Below are positions 18,401 to 24,000 of a stretch of 24,000 nucleotides of DNA, piece by piece (position 1 is the first letter of the stretch; each line of letters starts with the position of its first letter). Where the stretch lies: positions 85,696 to 109,695 of the forward strand of contig DATFGX010000006.1 in assembly GCA_035248905.1 (NCBI GenBank). The letters are read 5' to 3'. A program made the position numbers and the translations under genes. This DNA is from Blastocatellia bacterium (GTDB taxonomy: Bacteria > Acidobacteriota > Blastocatellia > UBA7656). The notes beneath the pieces were generated by a model. That model made no database searches. It was given only the letters and a program-made list of their open reading frames with translations, and was not told the origin of the DNA.

Positions 18401-20250
18401 CGCTGGTGCGCGACATCGCCAACCGCGCGCGCGGCGACGCGAAGCTCGCGAATGATGTGGCGACGTTCTTCCACACGACGATCACAGAGCTTGGCAATAA
18501 TACGTCGATCGGCCAACTGCTAATCGATGAGAACTTGCTGCCGGAAGCGGCGCAGGCCAGCATCTACCGCGCGCTTCATCAGCGGTTGAGCGATCACGCG
18601 GCAGCGACTTTCGGCACCAGTGGCGACGAGAGCAGCCAGGCGGCGCGCGAGCTGGGCGACTTCCGCCGCAAGTTCATCGATTACATGATTCGCAACCGTC
18701 AGTTCGATGAGGCGCGGCTGCTCGTGGCGACGATCAAGCATGAGCTTTCGGACGCGCGGCTCGCGCTCAAAGCCGACGGTGGCGATGACAGCGGCGCGAC
18801 CGAAGCCGAAGCCCGTTACAACTGGCTGCCGCTGGCGTCGGCGCTCATTGAGCTGCGCAGCGGCAAAGACACGGCGAAGGCCATCGCCGAGCTGCGGTCG
18901 TATTGCGGCCTCGACAGCGAAGGCAAGCCTTCGGATGTCGCGCAAGAGGACGGCAGTCATGTTCACGGCGAATGCATCAACGCGTACAACCTGCTGCTTG
19001 CCGAAGGCCGCGAAGCCGACGCCGACGCGCTGCTCTATGATGCCTACCGCGTCGCCGCGCGGTCGCGCACGATGGACGAAGGCAGTCTCGCGGGGCTTGC
19101 CGAGATCGAAGCGCGGCGCAATCACGCCGAAGAAGCATCGCGCTGGCTGCGCTTGCTGGTCGAAGGCTCGACCGACAACCTGCGCGCTTTGCAACTGGCC
19201 GCAGAGACCGCGGCGCGCATCGCACATTACAGCGAAGCCATCGATTTCCGCGAGCAACTGGCGCGCGCCAACCCCGACGACGCGACCAATCGGCTTGAGC
19301 TGGCACGAGTCATCGCGGCATCCGGCAAAGCCGGTGACGCGCTCGAACGGATTGCGACGTTGATTACAGAAACCGGAACGCCGAACCGCGTCCGCGCGCA
19401 GGCGGCTGAAACGGTCGCCGACCTGGTGCGTGCGGACCGTTCATTGGCCGCGCGCGCCGCTTCGTTGTTCGAAGCGAAGGCCGCGCAGGGCGACGCCGGC
19501 GCATTGCTGGCGCTGGCGGCGGCGCGTGAAGCGGCGGGCAATGCGAATGAAGCGCGTGCCGCACTTTCGCGCATCACCGCAGGGTCGCTTGCGGCGGTGG
19601 CGCAATTGAAGCTCGGCAACCTCGCGCTCACCGCGGGCAATCAGGCCGAAGCCGCAGCCAGCTTCGAGCGCTCGCTCTATCTCGACGCTGACGGCGAAGT
19701 GACCGACGCAATTGCTTACGCGGTGGCCGGGCCGCGCGCCCAACTGATCGCGCTCTACAGCCGCACGTCGCGCGATCTGGCGGCGGTGCGATTGGCTGAA
19801 GAGGGCGGGGATTCCGACAGCGAACAGAACAAGCACGCGCTGTTGAGTTCAGCCGTTCGGCGAGCGTTGACGACTCAGAGCACGGAAACGAACAACGCCG
19901 AAGTCGAAGTCTCCTTCCAGCCGTCAATGGACGTGGCGCGGGCGCGCAGCCGTGGTCTGCGCACGGTCGCCGAGCTGAACGACGCGGCGGTTGCCAAGCT
20001 GCGGGTCGATCTGGTCGCGGCGCTCGTCGAGTCGGCGGCGCGGCTGGGCCAGTTGGATCGCGCCATCGCGCTCGAACGGCTGCGCGCCATCGAAGCGCGC
20101 AAGCCCGACGAGAAGACGGCGATTGAAAAACGGCTCGCCGAATTGCTGGCCGCCGAGCAGGCGCGGCAGTCGCGCGCCGCGCAGCTCTTGCGCGTTGACG
20201 CGCAGAACACCTCGGGCGCGATCTTTACGGCGCGGGTGATCGGAAGGTAG
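12481..20250 (+). CDS. Giant (2589 aa) N-terminally membrane-anchored TPR / helical-repeat protein
   Basis: The likely start is ATG 12481 (MRKRIFSAVVIVLCVASVTVATLVA); the TTG at 12457 is less likely. A Pro/Ala/Thr-rich linker is followed by TPR-like helical repeats throughout, for example GNLAGATEQFRNAVTNEPERADFRLTLANLLTRQRRYDDAIAVLREG and GDIDAAIAEYVKVLPEP. An acidic D/S/N tract lies at nt 14287-14379. I recognise no catalytic motif. Confidence 0.9.
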   Translation: MRKRIFSAVVIVLCVASVTVATLVAQRAAQRAKTTTPSAAGGQTAKGKTPANRNAAVTPTPLRQADPNRAPQAAVDEALYTREEFFGTQASVARPYAVALERVGGLLTQYPKDARLHLHAARLSERLGQFDKAATEMAQYADLRRRSPDALRRLAVFYHNRARFADEVKTLAELARALPVTDRAPIYKQAAGLVRSYSLKEYKPADFFAELVAADPSNIQPVKDYVEELELAEDHKAALDVLTTFQPKFSGQLAYFLKTRAAILEAQGDRRAAEQIYDAAFDPTWPRAISGDYYELLRRFGRYRTVRRALQERARTASDLNTVARLFSIYSYEGNFEPASRLLRDLEARRTGVTASWTGRELETVAALFASVGDFDQASRYLYTLYLTGGLQAGSASREEALHRLFRVMLDAAGTPTRVAAGDLSLYKDVAQVDAHPGFMNGVLSLILSGTDPASEFATQEKAAASYFNRAFAYRIFTAFKQEYAQSQYLADMYLGVTEVFAGLGEHRLAIAAGREFQQLYPNSPRYSEVSLRIADAYVALKDRASERAVLDGLLDRLARSRPKGQPLIASSSKRWTYGISPVFDKLVDRIRYNIEAYSDTYDPTEDSSATNSNDNDSDVDSDEPTSFGNENDKRGPTYSSVLERYVASLAADDKKTETVAFFWNEIRKHPGEEGLYERFLRWLGSAELVNEQLKAYNTAIRQFDSNTWYHRLARWYVRQKRGRELQRYSRQLISIFDEEDITEFLLRFAGYGATAAGDSLNWDQKLAFDLYSYAHQRFPQNLYFVRGMLTYLANNKDFVQWAQLSAQYYFADRSIREPFLAYLSGSNELRNRYATAKSKGATATNQPATEPPNTYRIFAADAALWLSHHDEAIDAYRQLAVLYPGEAQYADRLADLTRSFGQRSDKLYEESAQVLAHMADLYPSNHSYRIKAGEVYAELGDFKRAGAEWNKLTALEPGERNTYLEVATVFWDYYQFDEAIRIFKELRQQTGDPTIYAYRMGAVYEGKGDIDAAIAEYVKVLPEPGDGRDTVAKRLAQLSRRTGLADKIAAAYNQARVAKPDDWQLVIGYALYNAEREHQAEALAGLRTEVSRSTNVEFLESVRDLFQYILRPEDEQQVITRLTQVARDEREAMTYRLQLAAFLERHNQVDEAIKNIDKLVADYPTNVGVVEESAQFYWRAGLLDRALDLYKRTLARAQGPNRRLLTLQYARRLSEANKLADAEATLRAFYNENRSDTEVFSELARTLGAENKMNDLATLYQDAFKDVKDSGLTGDDAKAQVAELRLGLIRTYTALNKFAEAVDQHIEIINLFPEDAERLATAYEYAEAHNLLDRLTAYYEKLTKDSYKNYRWQLVLGRIYERRGNLAGATEQFRNAVTNEPERADFRLTLANLLTRQRRYDDAIAVLREGWRLAGRDPSWLTEVARIQVLQGKREEAVQTLRQALASKKETKVTDQIAVAQRLASWGLYAEAVRIYETALAAYPKVMKDEYLGGDAISGYVQALVRTQPVAQVYQKLERMRAQYAAIGDNSSDTDGYRAKNVVQYLDSSLRAEFARGVIDYAGSQDAAAVAQAIVNATAKMTAYTDADALRRYLGIARAANLVDVEEKLQTRLKDAAYAARPKNAPQPTREDTSFYNELRALVAFYDRHAAYAKAAEVLSAEAKRDPYKDRFDYQNQIATQYRLAGDTPHEMESLRVAYQSVSGAEVTTNADWVERYLNLLYAANQRDELERIAATNNPYQLQVINFFIEKNDKALARRAINSATHSTAWKASRSGEVGLFARDTSAETEGFFKSALDIKTIGNMLNRKVDGDTTLLGDDWFVAARNYGYWLGLTPQRSKESLDFIAGEIEGHPSSEKAQLELAAYYLDHKDLTRAAAHTELAAELAPASTDVIITRGLIAMARGDRKAAVEQWNRLLSGRVSVADAQTYLKLMADNNMLREALPPLENFIVSFVNYATRRKNSDGDTSGLDPLVRDIANRARGDAKLANDVATFFHTTITELGNNTSIGQLLIDENLLPEAAQASIYRALHQRLSDHAAATFGTSGDESSQAARELGDFRRKFIDYMIRNRQFDEARLLVATIKHELSDARLALKADGGDDSGATEAEARYNWLPLASALIELRSGKDTAKAIAELRSYCGLDSEGKPSDVAQEDGSHVHGECINAYNLLLAEGREADADALLYDAYRVAARSRTMDEGSLAGLAEIEARRNHAEEASRWLRLLVEGSTDNLRALQLAAETAARIAHYSEAIDFREQLARANPDDATNRLELARVIAASGKAGDALERIATLITETGTPNRVRAQAAETVADLVRADRSLAARAASLFEAKAAQGDAGALLALAAAREAAGNANEARAALSRITAGSLAAVAQLKLGNLALTAGNQAEAAASFERSLYLDADGEVTDAIAYAVAGPRAQLIALYSRTSRDLAAVRLAEEGGDSDSEQNKHALLSSAVRRALTTQSTETNNAEVEVSFQPSMDVARARSRGLRTVAELNDAAVAKLRVDLVAALVESAARLGQLDRAIALERLRAIEARKPDEKTAIEKRLAELLAAEQARQSRAAQLLRVDAQNTSGAIFTARVIGR

Positions 20251-20256
20251 AAGGTA

Positions 20257-22134
20257 ATGGTTATGAAAATTACAAGAGCGTTAGCCGGTCTCATCCTTGT
20301 CGTCGCGGCACTCTGGCACGCGTCAGACGGCCAGCCGCAGCGGCCTTTGAGTGAACAGCTCCGGCTGGCCGGGGCGCTGCCGCGCGGCGCGCTGGTCTAC
20401 CTGCAGGCGCGCGACCTCTCGGCGCTGATGAAGGCGTGGATGGCTTCGACCGTGCGCAATAAATTTTACGCCAGCGCGAGCTACACAGCCTTCACCAAGT
20501 CGCGCGTCTATCTGAAGTTTCAGGATCGCCGCGGCGACTTCGCAAAGGCGCTCGGCTTCGACATTGACGAAGACCGCTTGACCGAGCTGGCGGGCGGCGC
20601 GTCGGCGGTGGCGGTCTACGACATAGGCAAGCTCGACATGGCGTTCGTCACCGAGCTGCCGCGCGAGCGCGCCTTGCTGACGACGATGTTCAAACAGCTC
20701 GCGCAGTTTCAGGAGCGCAACTCGGACGGCGGCATCTACTACGCCAAAGACGTGCAGACTGACGGCGGCAGGCTGAGCCAGCAGTTCTGTTTCGCGCATG
20801 CCGGCGGCAAGCTGATCGTGACGACGAGCGAGAGCCTGATGATTCGCGCGCTCGCCAGCGTCAAGAGCAATGGCGCGGACTCATTGCTCAATGATGTGAT
20901 GGCGCTGGCCGATCAAGCCAAAGGTTTTGCGACGCATGACCTGACGATCTGGCTCGACCAGGCGCGCTTGAATCGTGATCGTTTATTCAACAGCTACTGG
21001 ATTCATCAGAACGTCGGCAAAGAGTTGAACGGCATTGAAAGCGGTTTGCTCGACCTGCGCATCACGGTGCAGGGCTTGACCGAGCAGCGCTATTTCAAGA
21101 TGGCCGCCGGGCAGAAAGCGACTCAGGAGGCCGGCACGCTGAAAGGCGCAGACGTGGCGGCGCTGTTGAAGTTCGCGCCCGCTGACGCACAGCTCGTCGA
21201 GGTTCATCCGCAGACTAAGGCCGAAGGCCTTGCCGACACCGTCGCCAACGCGCTCTTCGGCCAACTGCCGACTGCCGAGCCGACACGCCCAGACGTGTCG
21301 CGCTCGAACAACGATTCGAATGAGGCGAATCCTTTTCCCGGCGGGCGCACCGAGCGTTACAGCCAGCTCGACGCGCGCTTTGACGTGGACGTGGATGACG
21401 AGCAGGCGCCGCCGCGCGGCAACGCGCCGTCCCGCAAACCGAAAGCAGAAACGGCGGCGCCAACCGCGCCGACTTCGTTCGTCGCTGCAATCACCAAGCT
21501 CGCGCCGGTGGCGGTGTGCGAGATGACGCGCTCGAAGGCCGACCCCGACCGGCCCTTCGTTCACTTCGAGCGCGCCGTCGTCGTCGAGATGAAGAGTGAA
21601 GCGGCGCTCGACCGCGCGGCGCTCGACCGCGCTATCGTCGAAGAGATGCGTGCGCGCTTTGTCGTCGCCGGTGTAGACCCGCGCTTCGGCTGGCAGGACG
21701 ACGCAGGCGTGCGCGTGCTCGGCCAGTCGCTGCTTGAGAAGGGCGCGGCCTACACGGTCGCTGGTAAATATCTGGTGCTCGCGTCAAGCAAGCAATTCGC
21801 GGCGGACATCGCGCAGGCCGCCGCTGCCGCCGCCGAAGCGCCGCGCGTTGACGGCACGGTCAGCTTCTACGCGCTGGTGCGCATCGCCGAAGCGAAGCCT
21901 GTGTTTGATAAGCTGATGGCCAAGCTCGACGGCAAGGTCGCCGAGCCGCCTGCGCCGAAAGTCAAGAAGGCCGATCAAGAAGAAGAGTCGAGCGACGACG
22001 AGAGCGCCAACAACATCAAGTTCTTCAGCGACAACGTGTCGAGCCTGGTGTCTGCGTCAACGATCCGCAACGTGCGCTTGCGCCGCGAAGCGAGCGGTCA
22101 GTTGGTCAGTGAGCAATTAGTGTATTCGTTTTAA
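20257..22134 (+). CDS. Signal-anchored hypothetical protein, DUF3352-like architecture (tentative); distant paralogue of 4125-5900
   Basis: A 625-aa ORF. ATG 20257 lies 6 nt after the TPR-giant stop, with GGAAGG/AAGG just upstream. The N-terminus is ALAGLILVVAALW. Shared motifs include FAHAGGKLIVTTSESLMIRAL and AYTVAGKYLVLASSKQ. A Pro/Asp/Asn-rich disordered insert and an acidic C-terminal tract (EEESSDDES) are present. Confidence 0.85.
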   Translation: MVMKITRALAGLILVVAALWHASDGQPQRPLSEQLRLAGALPRGALVYLQARDLSALMKAWMASTVRNKFYASASYTAFTKSRVYLKFQDRRGDFAKALGFDIDEDRLTELAGGASAVAVYDIGKLDMAFVTELPRERALLTTMFKQLAQFQERNSDGGIYYAKDVQTDGGRLSQQFCFAHAGGKLIVTTSESLMIRALASVKSNGADSLLNDVMALADQAKGFATHDLTIWLDQARLNRDRLFNSYWIHQNVGKELNGIESGLLDLRITVQGLTEQRYFKMAAGQKATQEAGTLKGADVAALLKFAPADAQLVEVHPQTKAEGLADTVANALFGQLPTAEPTRPDVSRSNNDSNEANPFPGGRTERYSQLDARFDVDVDDEQAPPRGNAPSRKPKAETAAPTAPTSFVAAITKLAPVAVCEMTRSKADPDRPFVHFERAVVVEMKSEAALDRAALDRAIVEEMRARFVVAGVDPRFGWQDDAGVRVLGQSLLEKGAAYTVAGKYLVLASSKQFAADIAQAAAAAAEAPRVDGTVSFYALVRIAEAKPVFDKLMAKLDGKVAEPPAPKVKKADQEEESSDDESANNIKFFSDNVSSLVSASTIRNVRLRREASGQLVSEQLVYSF

Positions 22135-22158
22135 TCAAATGTGAATTGATGGAAAGCA

Positions 22159-22259
22159 GATGTAGGGGCAGGGCTTGTCCCTGCCCGGATGGCGCGCAGC
22201 GCCATGACTGTTCATCGCCTGTCGGCGATTCGGGCAGGGACAAGCCCTGCCCCTACATC
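22159..22259. repeat. 101-nt composite palindrome (REPIN-like doublet of GTAG-headed hairpins)
   Basis: GATGTAGGGGCAGGGCTTGTCCCTGCCCG (22159-22187) is the exact reverse complement of 22231-22259. Each arm also self-folds as GGGCAGGG-CTTGT-CCCTGCCC. The 43-nt spacer holds two further hairpins: ATGGCGC-GCA-GCGCCAT (22189-22205) and ATCGCC-TGTC-GGCGAT (22214-22229). Confidence 0.9.
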
Positions 22260-22371
22260 GATCCGCAAAGCAACGCGGATCACAAACTGCCTACGGCTTC
22301 CTGCTTCCGCTTGTCGCGCGGCGGCGGGGCTGGTATTTTTCTTGCTCATTCATTCAATAAAAGAGGGGTTG

Positions 22372-22791
22372 ATGCGGAAGGTACTGGCTCTCATTTTGTT
22401 TGCGTGTTTCATCGCGGGCTGCGCGCTGCTGTCGCACGAGGCGCCGCCCGAAGATATTGACAAAGCCACGGCGCTGTTCGTGCAACGCCTGAACGCCGCG
22501 CAGTACGACGCCATCTATAAAGACACTGCCAAGAAGTTCAAAGAGAACCAGACGAAGGAAACCATCCTCGGCAGCCTGAAAGAGCTGACCGCTAAAGGCC
22601 GACTGAAAGAATACCGGCGCGTTCGGATGACCTACGAGGGCGAGGGCAAAGAGCGCATCGCCTCGCCCATCTACGGCGCCGTCTTCGAGCAAGCGGCTGG
22701 CGACTTGACGCTGAACTTCATTGACGAAGGCGGCGAGTGGAAATTGATCGGCTTCGCCTTCAAGCTGCGCGGGCAGGCGCCGGGCGCGTGA
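22372..22791 (+). CDS. Small lipoprotein (139 aa), function unknown
   Basis: ATG 22372 is preceded by AAGAGGGG. The signal peptide with lipobox is MRKVLALILFACFIAG/C. The upstream 61 codons of the ORF-track call run through the palindromic repeat and are not credible. Confidence 0.8.
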   Translation: MRKVLALILFACFIAGCALLSHEAPPEDIDKATALFVQRLNAAQYDAIYKDTAKKFKENQTKETILGSLKELTAKGRLKEYRRVRMTYEGEGKERIASPIYGAVFEQAAGDLTLNFIDEGGEWKLIGFAFKLRGQAPGA

Positions 22792-22915
22792 ATGGGAGGC
22801 CCGTCGGGACTGCCCGACATTCGTGTCACCCCTCGATTAATTTTGTTGAACGTCTTTCGACGCGCTCGCCGAGCGTTGTCCTGACCCGTGCAACCAGACG
22901 GAACCCGGAGGCTTT

Positions 22916-24000
22916 ATGAACCGTGGATTGCTTGTGTCGCTCATCGCCGTCATGCTCTTTGCGCTGACGGCAATCGTCGCCGCCGATTTTTCAACCGCAG
23001 ACGACAACATCCGCCCGACGGCGAAGACGCTGGCCGCAAGCCGCAGCGCGATGAGGACCGACGCCCGCGCCTACCGCAGTCCGGGCCGTTTACGAAAAGT
23101 AATCATCGATGCGAACGATGCCGATGCCCTGGCGCGCGCCGCGGCGAGCGGCGCAACCATTGTTGCCGATTACGGCTCGTTTAAGCTCTTCGTGATGGAC
23201 AACGACGCACTCAACATCGCGGAGATCGAGCGCCGCGCCGACACGGCGACGGAGCAGGGCGCGCCGCGTCCGTTCACCGTGCGCGACGATTTCAACCTGC
23301 TGTTGTTGCGCGCCGGCGCGATTGATACGACGGAGGCGAGCGCGCCCGGTCGCTTCGTCGGCCTCGGCGGCGCGTCAGCAATGTCTGCGCAGTCTGCCAC
23401 GCCGCGCGCGCCCGCGAGCGACGACGCTTCACCGCTGCGCCTGATTCAATTCGTCGGCCCGGTCAAAAGCGAGTGGCTGCGGGCGCTGCGGGCGAGCGGC
23501 CTTGAGCCGATTGCCTACGTGCCGAACAACGCCTATCTGGTGCGCGGCAGCGCTACGGCGACCGCCAGCCTGATGCGCGCCGCGGCGCACGAGCAATTCG
23601 TCCAGTGGGAAGGGCCTTTCGCCGACGACTACAAGATTCACCCGCGCCTCAAAGAGATGATGCGCGAGCAGGCGGATGCCGTCGTCAACATCGCCGTGCA
23701 GATCGCCACGGATGCGAACGCGCAAGACGCGGCTACAGCCGCCGACGTGAAAGCCGCGCGCCGGCTCGCCTCCGCCGTGCGGCTCGACGCGCACCCGGTC
23801 TTGAACTTCATCAACATGCGCTTGACCGTCAGTGCGAGCAAGATTACAGAGCTTGCGGCGCTCGCGGGCGTTGTCAACATCGAGCCGTGGAGCGAGCCGC
23901 AACTCTTCGACGAGCGCGCGGCGCAGGTCGTCGCAGGGCAACTGGCAAGCGATTTCAAAGCTCCGACCGGGCCGGGCTACATGAACTGGCTGCAAGCGCA
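22916..24000 (+). CDS. Secreted protein, 3'-truncated by the window edge; the N-terminal region resembles tandem protease propeptide-like domains (possible S8-type peptidase precursor)
   Basis: This frame-2 ORF is not in the supplied track because it has no stop in the window. ATG 22916 follows GGAGG at 22907-22911. The signal is MNRGLLVSLIAVMLFALTAIVAA. Two modules resemble subtilase pro-regions: RKVIIDANDADALARAAASGATIVADYGSFKLFVM and LRLIQFVGPVKSEWLRALRASGLEPIAYVPNNAYLVRG. No catalytic motif is reached before nt 24000. Confidence 0.6.
   Translation, partial: MNRGLLVSLIAVMLFALTAIVAADFSTADDNIRPTAKTLAASRSAMRTDARAYRSPGRLRKVIIDANDADALARAAASGATIVADYGSFKLFVMDNDALNIAEIERRADTATEQGAPRPFTVRDDFNLLLLRAGAIDTTEASAPGRFVGLGGASAMSAQSATPRAPASDDASPLRLIQFVGPVKSEWLRALRASGLEPIAYVPNNAYLVRGSATATASLMRAAAHEQFVQWEGPFADDYKIHPRLKEMMREQADAVVNIAVQIATDANAQDAATAADVKAARRLASAVRLDAHPVLNFINMRLTVSASKITELAALAGVVNIEPWSEPQLFDERAAQVVAGQLASDFKAPTGPGYMNWLQA

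Noticed and set aside
7068-22134. Calling the vWA+TPR genes a Bat (aerotolerance-type) or MoxR-vWA operon.
   Set aside because: No AAA+ MoxR ATPase, DUF58 or BatD-like gene is present in the window. The resemblance is limited to the presence of a vWA and a TPR domain.
22146-22371. ORFs 22146-22460 and the 5' part of 22189-22791, which cross the intergenic region.
   Set aside because: They are read through the 101-nt palindrome, giving peptides such as CRGRACPCP. The real lipoprotein start with RBS and lipobox is at 22372.
22888-23184. A 98-aa frame-1 ORF at the start of the last gene.
   Set aside because: It is an Arg-rich junk translation. The overlapping frame-2 ORF has an RBS, a signal peptide and protein-like sequence, and it stays open to the window end.

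Overview
This is a GC-rich bacterial chromosomal segment. The protein repertoire looks Acidobacteriota-like, but that is an unverified guess. I support 11 protein-coding genes, one small mobile or repeat cassette, and several structured repeats. I found no rRNA, tRNA or CRISPR array.

Layout:
- A 5'-truncated housekeeping sigma factor rpoD (1-1652).
- A family-2 SAM O-methyltransferase (1993-3021).
- A divergent pair: a Zn-ribbon orphan protein (3078-4049, minus strand) and a signal-anchored DUF3352-like protein (4125-5900).
- pgsA (6002-6787, minus strand).
- From 7068 to the window end, an unbroken plus-strand run of exported or membrane-anchored proteins: a Reg_prop beta-propeller without an output domain, a VIT-vWA protein, a 2589-aa TPR giant, a second DUF3352-like protein 6 nt downstream of the giant, a small lipoprotein, and the start of a secreted protease-like protein.

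This run is interrupted between the VIT-vWA and TPR genes by an IS200/IS605-family HUH-Y1 transposase gene. That gene is bracketed by about 60-bp inverted multi-hairpin modules with GTAG heads, which is the RAYT/REP arrangement. A second GTAG-headed palindrome family occurs at 22159-22259 (perfect 29-bp arms) and at 3024-3049.

I see no recognisable defence, toxin, nuclease or ATPase machinery. The best candidates for something undescribed are the envelope gene block and the two REP-like families. Both are hypotheses that need database searches I cannot run.
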